Part shown: piece by piece, positions 52,675 to 64,000 of the stretch
How positions within the stretch are numbered: the first letter of the stretch is position 1
Layout: each line of letters begins with the position of its first letter
NCBI GenBank assembly: GCA_016748015.1
Contig: JAAOMT010000494.1
Span: 124,001-188,000 of the forward strand
Source of the DNA: Geosiphon pyriformis uo1
Lineage: Eukaryota; Fungi; Glomeromycota
DNA length: 64,000 bases
Direction: 5' to 3'
Program-made: the position numbers and the translations under genes
The notes under the pieces: generated by a model
What the model saw: only the letters and a program-made list of their open reading frames with translations
Database searches by the model: none
What the model was told of the DNA's origin: nothing

Positions 52675-52740
<66 letters not shown>
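52496..52740. repeat. Poly(A)-rich low-complexity tract around a 20-nt assembly gap (N 52647-52666)
   Basis: Directly visible. Confidence 0.9.
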
Positions 52741-52744
<4 letters not shown>

Positions 52745-53074
52745 TCCCATTCCAAATAGATTTTCCCAGTTAGGAATACAAAGAATACTAAAAATAGTAC
52801 AATGTTTCATAAATTATCAAAAAACTTGCACAAACAAAAAGAAAAAATAGTTAGATCCAAATTCATACTAATATGTCCTTCTATGTTCTTTATCAATATT
52901 AAAAAGGAATAAGTTGATATTTAAATCTCGACTAAATAATTGTGATAAATTAAATTTGAAATTTCTTGACTTTAAAGATAATTATAATTTGATTTTTTTT
53001 TTAATTTAAATATTATCTCGTCCTTTATAATAATAAAAAAATAAAAAATAAAAAATAAAAAAAAACCAATATAC

Positions 53075-54915
53075 ATGGCACGAACACCATCTTTTTACTT
53101 TTCATCATTATCATTATTTTTTGTTACTTTTTTTAATGTAGCATTATTTTTCATAAATTGTAAAGCCGACGATTCCAATGATTATTACCCACCTCCACGT
53201 ATTGCACATTCTGCAACAATTATAGGTGATAGATTATATTACTTTGGAGGACAAAAATCTGATAATATTTATTACAACGATTTATCTTATTTGGATTTGA
53301 ATAAGACATTGACGCAGAATAAGCTTTTTTTTGTGAGTGTATCAAGTTTGAGTACAACTATTCCAGGGATATTTAAACCTGCTAGTGTTGCTATTGGGTC
53401 TAATAAAAAGACAATTCTTTTCTTTGGCGGTTATGTGGTAATTAAACAAAGTTATTTTTGCATTCATTTGAAAAATATCTTGTTTCTTTGAATAAAAATG
53501 CTGATGTTAGTTTCTTCATTCACCAGAGACCAATTAATTCGGATTCAGACCCAGTGTTAAGTAACCAAATCTATAGTATAAATCTTGAGAATGATCTAAA
53601 ACCTACTTGGGCAGTAACAGGAAGTAATTCATCCGCTTTACCTTCACCTCGTGAAAATGTCCCATCAATTATTAATGATAAAGGACAGATGTATATTTGG
53701 GGTGGTTGGGGAATAACTGATAAAGCGATGTATATTCTTGATACCAACAAATTAACATGGCAAAAGAGTACTCCAGCAAATGCTCCAGATACCAGATCAT
53801 TTTCCCCTGGTGTTTTATTACCAGATGGTAGGATTATTTTTATAGGTGGATATGATGGGAACTACATGGCTTCTGATTCTCAACAGGTAAAATATCTTGG
53901 AAAAAATATATATATATATATTACAATTTCTGATATTGAGTAATCATCAAATCATAATTTCGAACTTTCTTTCATTATAGCTATTAATTTATAACACTAT
54001 CACTGATGAATGGAAACAAGAAGTATTTTTTATAATTTCAAACTATTTTTTTATGTAATTGATTTCTTCTGAATCTCAACTATTCTCTACATATATATTT
54101 TCAAAGGGTACTATAAATATTGCTCCCGCGAATCCCATTCATAAGCACACTGCTGTCTTAGGTACTCTTTCTCAAAGGATACATAACTAATAATGTAAAA
54201 GTTTTGAAAACTTTAATTTAAAATTCCTTTTTATTTTTTATTTTTTATTTTTTTTATTTTTTCTTCAGCACCCGATAAACAACATATTATCATATATGGG
54301 CAGATTTCGAATAAGACTTCAGTTACAGTATTAGACACAAATACGTTTTTATGGTCAGTACCAACCATGAATCAAGGACCATTATATATACCTGATGGGC
54401 ACTCGGCGACCATGTACAAGAATTATATGATTATCTCGTTTGGTAAGTTGGTAAATGAAATTGCTTTGATTTTAATAAACAATATAAAATTAATTTTGAA
54501 AAAACTTCACTTAAAAGGTATTCGTTTAAACCCTTCGTCAGAAGTAAGTATCGCTGACGTTTCAGATCCGAAAAATATTAATTGGTTGAAATTAGATGGC
54601 ACCCTACCTTTAAATTCAAGTTCAAATTCCACATCTTCAAAAACGTTGAATTCAGCACCAACTTCATCCTCAAATAAGGGTTCAGATCAAATTAATAATA
54701 CAAGCACTACTACTACAGATGGTAAATCAAATCAAAAAGCAGTTATTTTAGGTATAATAGGAGTAGTTGTTGGATTAGGTATTATGAGTTTATTTGTAAC
54801 ACTTTATTTTCGAAAAAGACGTTTAAAGAAGTTACAAGGTAATAGTGAAAATTTGCCCGAAGTTGTGAACCTAAGACAAGATCTGAACGAAAATTTATCA
54901 GAAGTAGTTAATTAA
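53075..54915 (+). CDS. Secreted Kelch-repeat single-pass membrane protein, paralogue 2; exons 53075-53437, 53527-53886, 53981-54022, 54107-54161, 54269-54442, 54518-54915
   Basis: Same six-exon layout as paralogue 1. Shares MYIWGGWGITDK and YKNYMIISFG; has a Ser/Thr linker and a TM helix followed by RKRR. Confidence 0.88.
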
Positions 54916-55791
54916 AGGAAGGTTTTCTTGATTTATTTATAAATACTTTTAGTATATATGTGTGTTTGATTGTGTTAAAAAAGTCTTTAAAGATTTGAAG
55001 ATTCGTTTTAACTAATTTCAAAAAAGTGAAAACTTTTTTGCGTTACCAATTTATTATTTATTTATTTATTTATTATATATATATATATATATATATATTT
55101 TTTGGAATAACGGACGGACGAGATAATGTCTAAAAGAAAAATGTCAATCCCCAAATCATTCAAGAGAAATTCATAAATGAAAACGTTTAGAATCGGCAAA
55201 AAATCTTCATATAAAAACATTTTCTTGAAGCTTACAAATAATATATCCAGTGAATCACTTCAAAAAAATGTTTTTGTAATAATAGATTGGACCGACCTAA
55301 ATCCTATGGAAAAACGGTGGCCGAAAAATCTTGATGATTATGGAAAGCTTTCCAAGATGATGATCTACACTGAGAACTTGTAAAAAAAATATTATTCTGT
55401 ATGAAATAATCTAATATAATAATAAGAAATCTATCAGTTCATTTCTATTTAAAATATTTACGCATGTAAAATTTTCTGAAATTATGTACAAATTACCGGA
55501 AAATTATAACATTAAATTAGTTTTCTTTGCTTCCTTCGGAATAAATTGTTCGTTTTCCGCTTTATAGAGGATAATCCTTAAAATTAAATTGTACTTTCTT
55601 TGAGGTAAAGTATAGATAAGAAAATTCTTGTATTTTGAGTTCCATGTTCATGTTATAAGAAGAAACTTTTATAAATTGGGCAAAAAAATTCTCATTTTAG
55701 TCTCGTTCAGCTAACAAATTTTTACACAATTTACAAAATTTCTAAGCATATTTTTAAATTTTTCAACAAATAACTATATTTTCATTTTGAA

Positions 55792-56244
55792 ATGGCCAAT
55801 ATCTACTTCTTCAACCAGCTTAATATTTTCTTATCAATGTTTTTTTTATCAATTCTCATCATTTTTTTTCCAAAAATTGAATCGAAACCACTTCCTAAAC
55901 TTTTGCAAGAACGTCAATTTTCATTATTTAATACCGATTCCAATTTTTTCTCATCTGGTGACTCCAATCTACAACTTATCAATGACCCCGATTCAAACTT
56001 AGTGAACTATCTTGAGTTGGAAAATAAAGAACCATCAAGACAGCAAGTGAATCCCAATGACGAAAAAAAGGTCAACATTCCAATCGTGAAATCACGATGT
56101 AATTGTTATTACAAGTCACCAAATAGCTCAATTCCGATTCAATCGCTCAAGAAACGTGAAAAAAATTTTGACTTGATAGACGAACCAAAACTTCCCCAAT
56201 GTTCATGTGATTATCAGAATAAAGATTCGCCATTTAATATTTAG
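55792..56244 (+). CDS. Small secreted protein (150 aa) with two CxCxY modules
   Basis: Intronless ORF with a hydrophobic signal ending near IES|KP, RCNCYY and QCSCDY, and a KKR dibasic site between them. Confidence 0.7.
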   Translation: MANIYFFNQLNIFLSMFFLSILIIFFPKIESKPLPKLLQERQFSLFNTDSNFFSSGDSNLQLINDPDSNLVNYLELENKEPSRQQVNPNDEKKVNIPIVKSRCNCYYKSPNSSIPIQSLKKREKNFDLIDEPKLPQCSCDYQNKDSPFNI

Positions 56245-56699
56245 ATATAAAAATAGTCAGAATAAAGGTGACGGATTTCTAAAGAATCAGTATTCAGAAA
56301 ATTAAAATAACCATGGTCGACTAGAAAAGAAAAATTTTATGTCTTGGAATAGAGTTTTTGAATTTTATTGAGAATTTCTAAATTAAGGATCCTGATCTGT
56401 GTTTTTAAAATTATTTTTATCTAGTAAACGAACATGTTAACTTGAAATAATAAAAAGTGATTTTAGACGATTTTAAAAAAAGCAGCAAAGTGTTAATTTT
56501 CATATAAAAAACAGTGCTGCTAACTTTTCCTTTGTTTTCTTTAATTTTAATAATGTGTTATTAGAAAGTTTACCAGATTGATTATTAGTGTTTTTTTTTT
56601 CAGATTATTATAATAATATTTCTTTAGGGTTTTTTTTAAAATTAGTTTCACTTTTATTGTTTTCCCTATAATATTCCTTGAACTTTTTAATATTTTGAC

Positions 56700-56940
56700 T
56701 TTTTTTGGTCTAATTTTTTTTGCTATTTAGCATAGTTTCCAAAATAATTTCAGAGGGTAATTGAAGTATTATCATCAGTAAAATGGTCAAGAAAGGCTAT
56801 TTTGAATGCATCCCAGTTAGCAAACCATTTATTTGTTGTTCTTTGTAAAAGTAAAAAATTGTTTAAAAGCTTTAGTTATAATCTATCCATTAGCTTGAAT
56901 AGCTTTTGTAAACTTTGTTCAACCATCTTTAATGACTAAT
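56700..56940 (-). mobile_element. Decayed Ty3/gypsy-type retrotransposon gag remnant; the element probably extends over about 56.5-58.2 kb
   Basis: Minus strand reads KAIQANG* and, after a frameshift, LQRTTNKWFANWDAFKIAFLDHFTDDNTSITL*N, the W..FK..FL..F signature of Retrotrans_gag. Confidence 0.65.
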
Positions 56941-58262
56941 TACAAGATTTTTTCTTTTGAATTCAAAAATTTTAGCAATAAAGTGGAAAGTATTTATATT
57001 TATATTTATATTTTTTTCTGAGTGTTTTGAACTTTTTTTTAGATTTTCACTTTCTGCTATTTTTTGGTTTTTGAACTTGAGCTAATAATACTGGAATGGA
57101 GTAACTTAAAGTAATGCTTTACTTGATTTTGCTTCTGATATTTGTAAGTTTTTAATAGCCAGTTTGGTATATTAGGTGCTGTTTTTATAAATCTTTAAAT
57201 TTTTGTGTTTCTTTTAATAAGTACTTTCAGATTTAGATTCCAAGTTCTAAAAATAAGTTCCAAATATTTTAATAACTAAGTAATAGGATTATATATTTTT
57301 TTATAAAAATTGTGTTTAACTTCTGAAATATTATATTCTTTAAAAAAATAATTATTGATTCTGTTTTTAAGATATTTGTTTTAATCATTATGAGTTTATT
57401 TAAAATTTAAAATTTTTGTTTACAATAGATGTAAAACTGTTAATAATACTTTAAAATATTTGTGTTAAAAAAAAAATATACTTTTGTATAAACATCTAAT
57501 TTATTAAAATTTTTAAAAGAAAACTAAATGTTATTAAAGATTTTTGTTTTTCTGTTAATATTTCTTTTAATGAAAATAACTTCAAACCTAATATTTATAT
57601 TTTGTTATCGCTAAAATATATTTTTAAAATTAATAGAAAAATATTGCAAATAAATATTCAAATTTTTATAATTTTTATTTTACTTTAGTTATAATAAGTT
57701 TTTTAAATATAATAAATTTAAATTGTTAATAAATTTAAGTCTTAATTCAACTGTTAATTTTTAATAAATTCCAAAAGTTTTTTTTTTTAAAATATATATA
57801 AACTTTAGTAAAAAAAACTAAGCTATTAATACTTAAAACAATGTCTTTTTTTTCAAGTTTTTTTAAAATTGCTTTATTTTTATATAAAAAATTATTTATG
57901 CTTCTATTAGAAATTTAAAATTGTCTTAAGTCTTTATTGCAAAATGTTTTTGTAGTTATTTTTAAAAAAATAATACTTTAATATTAGTTTTAATGAATAA
58001 TATTGTTATGTGTTTATAAAATAAATAAATAAATAAATTTTTAATTAAATATATTATTATAATTTACTGTTTAATAAACAAAAAATGTTATAGACAAAAC
58101 TTTATTCTATAAATTTATTTCTTTATTGATTTTGATTAAAGTTTTACAAAAAGTTTTATTAAAAATTTTACTAATTTATTGGTTTGAAAATAATAAGAAG
58201 AGAAAAATTTTATAATATATTTTAAGTTTTTTCAAAAACATTCAAAAAATAGACTAGAGATC

Positions 58263-58806
58263 TATTAAAAATGTAATTTATATATATAAAAAGATAAGTC
58301 ATATATATTATCGTTTTTATTCTTGTCAAAACGTTACTAATTTGAATTAACATACAATATAAATGGCAGAAAAAAAGCTCAATCTAAAAGATATTGCAGT
58401 TTTTAAAATATTTTTTATTTTATTTAACAATGAGAACTTTAAGTTAGTCGATGTTCTAATTAGGAATATCAATTAACATTCTGATTTAAGTAATAGTGAT
58501 GACACTTTAATTAGTCTATGTTTTAACTTAATTGACATTCTGAATTTTTACCATTGTAAACTTGCATTTCAATTGCTTAAAATTGGTATTTTGCTCTTAA
58601 ATTGTTATTATATTATTTAAAATTAACTTTCCCTTTTTTATTATTATAAAATTTTATATTTTATGGATTCTAAACATTTAAAAAAAGATTCTAAGCCTAT
58701 TAGAAAGATGTAATTTATAAATAGAAAAAGATAAGTCTTATATATTACTATCTTTTATTCTTGTTAAAACATTACTAACTTAAACTAACATACAAAATAA
58801 ATGACA
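58263..58806 (+). repeat. Diverged direct repeat pair of about 105 bp (approx 58263-58368 and 58698-58806)
   Basis: Both copies share ATGTAATTTATA...AAAAAGATAAGTC.TATAT...TTTTATTCTTGT.AAAAC.TTACTAA...TAACATACAA..TAAATG.CA. Confidence 0.8.
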
Positions 58807-59049
58807 ATAAAATGTACTCACATTCTTGAAAGTTTGACTTTATTAAATAAAACCAGAAAATATAATGTTAAAAATCTTTTTTCAGAAAAATTATTGAATT
58901 CTTTTCTTATTGATATTTCATTTATATCCAAACACATTTTTGAAAATACAGATTTAATTTTTTTTCAAAAAATCAAAAAAGTTGATTTAAAATACAGCTT
59001 ACCTATAACACAAAATAATACCTTATCTTTTCCTATTTTTCGATAAAAT

Positions 59050-59465
59050 ATACAGCAAAACTAATAAAAAAGAAGTTCAAATAGATTCAATAACAGATGC
59101 AATAAACAACAAGAAAGTGGAAATGTTAGATAAAAATTTTAATAATTTTGTGAATATATATCAAATAATAAGCATTAGCAAAAAATGGCTGGAAAAGTTG
59201 TTAAAGATGAGCTATACAAATTTGGCATGAAATGTGCTTAGAAGCAGTAAGTGTTAATCATTGTATTTGGCTATTTGTTATTTAAGATATTAATATGTCA
59301 AAAGTTTTTGCCATTCTTTTATTATTGATCCAAATAATAGAAGTCTTATTAATAAAAATAGCTTTACACAATTTGAGCTCAAAAAAATTCATATGTATAA
59401 ACAGAAATTACTTTTAAAAATGTCTTAAGATCTACTGTTTTATTTTAGTAAATAAAAAGCTGTAG
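59050..59465 (+). pseudogene. Decayed fragment of an expanded Mucoromycota/Glomeromycotina gene family (possibly Crinkler-associated nuclease-like)
   Basis: KW..GKVVKDELYKFGMKCA*K, a GTAAGT donor, then FIIDPNNRSLINKNSFTQFELKKI. Resembles a recalled GK.VED.LY.FG..C..EH / HSFIID motif. Confidence 0.45.
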
Positions 59466-60120
59466 GTATTTTTTATGTTATATCTTAATAGTATTGTTTA
59501 AAAAATATTAGCAATGTTTATATATAACACAACACATTTGAATAGTCCATGATATTTAATCTTAAAAAATTAGTATTTAGCTTTATATTATGAAAATTAT
59601 TCTAAAATCAACACAGAGATTTCGATTTTAATTAAATTAGAAATAATGTGAAAACCTGTAAATACAAAATTTTATTCTAAGTCAAAAGAACAACTATGAA
59701 TATTCATATCTAATTAAAATAATTCGTGTATGGCCAAAATTTGATGTAACATAAATTTTGTATTTTTTTCATTTTAAATATTTATACAAGCGAACATATA
59801 TACTTATCTCACGCAGTAATTTGTCGGGTCCAATATCCCTATCTATAAATAGAATGTATACAAAAATATTTTTCGAATGAAATTCAAGACACTTGGGATT
59901 TTAATAATATAATAATAGTTTCTATATATAATTTAATGAGAGAAAAATTGGCATATACAGTACACTAACCTTATTTAATGCTAAAGTCTTTTGTTTGAAT
60001 TGGTAAGACCAAGCGAAAAACGAAATTTTAATTATTTAAGTGATTCAAACTAATTAGTTTTAGATCAATTAATTTTAGTCAAGATAATTACATTATTTTT
60101 TTCGTGAAAATAATTTCTTT

Positions 60121-60160
<40 letters not shown>

Positions 60161-60997
60161 TAACTGAAGAAAAACTCATCATTTATTGTATACACCTATA
60201 TTTACAAAACCAAATAAAAGCAGTTAAGAGAGCAAAAGATTCAATCAGCAAAGTCAAAAAAAATCTAAACTGAATATCAACTATATCATTAATTCCAGTA
60301 ATTTTTGGCGAACAGCGATAGTATTTTTAATTCTGAAGAGAAGAATAATGCTACATAACCAACATAAAAGAAATGATCAATGACACCTTTCAATTACCAA
60401 ACTACAGTAACATTTATTGCAGCAAGACTCATATTATTACACTTGCAGTTGTTTTATGTTTAACTTTTTAATTAATTTGTTTCAGTTTGTATTTATTTAT
60501 AAAAAAATACTTAAACACTTCAAATTATTATTTATTTTTATTAAAAATGACAATGTAATAGGTTATATTTAAAATTTTAAAAAACAATTAATATATAAAA
60601 TCTACTTGAAATTTATCCCACTTGCCATAAAACTGAGTAACTGAAATACATTCAAACTAGCAGAAATCACAAATTATGGATATCTTTTAAATTTGACGCT
60701 TTTAATTTTTGCGATACTAAGCAAAAAACGTTATGAAAATTTTCTTATATTTCTAAACAGCTTGAAGATTGAAGATAGTAATTAATATATTATTGAAATA
60801 ATCGAGAAATTTAAATTTTTAACCCCCACATGCTTGCCCGATACGTTTTACAATTCAATCAATTTGAGATTTTCAGAATGATTTTATTCCAGTTTATAGT
60901 TCAAGAAAGGAAGAAATTTCGGTTGTTCATTTCTTACAATTTTAAATTAAAATTTAAAAAGATATGCTGAAATTGAAAACCTAATTATTTTGAACTG

Positions 60998-61747
60998 CTA
61001 TGTTTCAAGAGAAACGGTAAAAAATTCTGCCAACTTATCGGGTAAAGCACACTCATTCTCGATTAATCTTTGATCTGTAGAAGGATCAGAAGTCCACTTG
61101 ACCAAGGTTGGGATTTTTAATAATTTTATACGTGAGTCAGTTTTGTAAGGATGATCGGGTGTTTGTCTCCATCTGAAAATAAATATAATTATATATATAT
61201 ACATATATAGAAAGGGATTTGATCTTTTATATTTATATCCTTACTCTGATCGATTCCCAACAGGTGCTTCAATTAGCACGGAATTCCCTGGAGCATATTT
61301 GTTGAAAGCATAACGAATTAATGGATCCGCTGAAATATAAAAAGCCCAATACTTTGATTAATTTTTTTGAATGAGAAATACTTTGGGAGCTTTTACAAAG
61401 ACATATTCTGCTATGCCCTAATTTTGTTGGCCAGCCAAAATATTTCCACACATAAGTGATAATAAAAATGCAAACCAACTATAGAGTCCGGACACCAGGA
61501 TTTTCCTGTGATTGGATCTTCAGTACCTAAAATACAATTTACAATATATTTTATTAATAAAATTTTATTCATCTTGTCAAGCAAGAAGATTCAAAGGTTT
61601 TCTTCAATATTATATTATATTGCTGACGAACTTACCAAAAAACAAAATAAATAGAGGTGATCGTCTTTCTCCGTGTTCGGCAGTTGCTACAGCCTCGAAA
61701 TTAGGATAGAACTGGTCAATTGCTGAAACACGAATTGTTTTAACCAT
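60998..61747 (-). CDS. TXNDC17: Thioredoxin-domain protein 17 / TRP14 (DUF953) homologue; exons 61747-61636, 61526-61476, 61329-61245, 61173-60998
   Basis: Spliced product LFILFFGTEDPITGKSWCPDSIVADPLI...VGNRSEW..PDHPYK..KL.KIPTLVKW...RLIENEC; all introns GT-AG. Confidence 0.9.
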
Positions 61748-64000
61748 ATTTGATCGAGCTCTCAATCAAGGGAAAAATACAAAGTGAAAGGAAATCGTGG
61801 GAATTATTAATAATCAAGATTCGAGGTTGATCCTCACAAATAAAGATGTGAAGATATTCTCACAACTAAATGAGCGTATTATAAGTTTGGTAGAGTGATG
61901 CAAATAAAGGTTAAATTTGGAATTTACTGATACGAAAAGAAAATTCCCGACCTTTTGTACATTATTAAAAATGGGTTTTTTTAAGATTCCCTATTTGAAT
62001 TAAAAAATCATGTCAGCTGATCGGATATCAAAAAATACTCGTAAAAAAAAAAGATTTTCTGTCGAAATTATGATAGAAAACGATTTCATCGTAAAATATA
62101 CTTTGATCATTTTAAAAGATTGAAGCTCTTATTTATTGACATTTTGCTAATATATAAATAGATTTGAAGACATGTAAACTGATTAATTATCTAAACTTTT
62201 CAATTGATAAAATTAATCAGCAAAAATCGAATATCAAAATTTGCTTTATATTGAAGATTCAAGATCTTAATTAAATTTTGAATGTTTTGATTTAAAATTT
62301 GGTTAAGAGTTAAAATTAGTTCTGCTTCTATAAACCGAAATGAAATTTCATCTGTCGTTTTATAACGATCTCAAAGTGTACATGTCCATTTAAATTCTTG
62401 TGCAAATATTTAATAAAAAGATTGATTATTCGCGAAAATAAAGTAATTTTCAAAAAATAAAATCCAAAAAATACATTTTTCAAATCTAATTCTAAAATAT
62501 TCAATTTATTAAGCTCAAACTTAAAGTAATTAATAATTCTCTATAAAATTGAAAAATTGAATAATTCAAAAAGTCATAAATAATTAATACTTTCAACACA
62601 GAATCAAAGAAAATTGTAGTTTATTTTTATTCTCCCATTCTCCTGTGAGCTGATGTTTTCAAAAGAATAATAAAAAAAATTGAAACTTTAAAGACTTTAA
62701 CAAAATTTCTCATTATCCATAAGTTTTAATAGTTTTTGAAAATGAAACTTAATAATGAGCCATAATTTGAATACCTCAAAAAATTAATTTAAAAATATTA
62801 AAAAGTACCTATTCTAAAATCATATATATAATTTATTTTTCAAGGAAAAATGTTTTATCGCCAAAATATTTTTTGTTTTTGATAACGAAACTTTTTTCGA
62901 CGCGACAGATTTTTTTTATCAAAGAAATGACCGGCAATTTTTTCAAATGCTGAAAAGATGTCTTTCATATTTCATAATATTTTCAAAAACCATTGAGTTT
63001 AACTTAAAAAATAATCAATATTTCTAGTGCAACTATAACCATTTTTAAGATTATTCATTTATTCTTGATAAATAAATAAAACATCATTAAATATTATAAA
63101 ATTTGTTAATCTATTCAAGAATACTTCTTAACCAACAAGAGATATTTTCTATGAATTGAAATTAAAGATTTTGATTTAAGAAACAATTTTAAAAATTTTC
63201 CTTAAAAAATATTTTCACAGAATCACAATACCAAACCTGATTTATTAGAAATTTGGTCAAAACTATTCTCTGATAAAAAGAAAAAGAAATCTTCATTTAA
63301 ATATAAAACAAATGTTAAACAAAAAAAATTCAGGAATAAATGTGCAAATTTATGAATCTGATGAAAATTAACAATGATTTTGAAAACGAAATTTTATTTA
63401 AATTTTTTCAAACAATCTTTTGAATCTGAGATTTTAAAAAATTTTTTGACTCAGACCGAGATTATAAAATAGCCAATAAATACATTTAATAAGAATTCTG
63501 CAAACAAAATGTGTAAAAAAGATTAATATCTCATTGATAACTAAATCATTGTGTTAAATTAATAAAAAATATTTCCCCAAATTTTGAAAAAGCTTTTTGT
63601 ATCAATAAAATGTAAAAAAATTGCTTATTGAGGTTCATATTTGATCTTTTATTGATAAAATGGTTAAAAATACATAAGGTATAGAAGTAAACAGATAAAA
63701 TTTGATTATTATTGAACAATTTTCTTAAAAAAAAAATTTGAAATTTGGCATCAAGCTCATAAAAAATTCTTTATTGTGAAATTATTTTAGTTAACATTTG
63801 CAAAAAAATCATAAACAGAAGAGGAGATATTTATAATTTATAGTAATTTTATAAAATTTGGTTGTAAAAAAGCAGGTAATTTATTTTGATTTAACAATAA
63901 TACAAAAATTTTACATAAAAAAAATCAAAAAACATTGTAAATAATGAAAGATCAATTTAATTTATATATTCATGTAAAACTAAAAGAAAAAATTGTCAAT

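Noticed and set aside
52462-52755. Poly-Phe ORF
   Set aside because: Poly(A) tract and N gap.

Overview
AT-rich, intron-containing fungal genomic DNA. The gene and repeat content (BTB-BACK-TLDc, F-box/RNI-like, secreted Kelch-TM and class-3 lipase families, RNase H-bearing LINEs) points to Glomeromycotina. The LINE and gag sequences resemble, from memory only, those of Geosiphon pyriformis; this is an inference. Genes, in order: the 3' part of cysteinyl-tRNA synthetase (with two GC-AG introns), a 7TM Git3/Gpr1-like GPCR, DASH subunit Hsk3, a lipase-3 pseudogene, a hypothetical gene, a DinB-like protein, glucosylceramide synthase with a long C-terminal tail, an intact lipase-3-fold gene lacking the catalytic Ser, an F-box/LRR protein, a BTB-BACK-TLDc protein, two tandem secreted Kelch-TM paralogues, a small secreted Cys-repeat protein and a TXNDC17/TRP14 homologue with CPDS in place of CPDC. 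Mobile DNA: a full-length LINE (6.8-13.7 kb) and a 5'-truncated LINE lie tail-to-tail, each with a candidate TSD and a shared structured 3' UTR. Both decayed almost entirely by C>T/G>A transitions. There is also a gypsy gag remnant and several extremely AT-rich blocks. The most notable leads are the Ser-to-Gly pseudo-lipase family, the conserved LINE 3' RNA structure, the transition-only (RIP-like or 5mC) decay, and the receptor-like Kelch pair beside a secreted peptide precursor. No CRISPR, rRNA or tRNA was seen.
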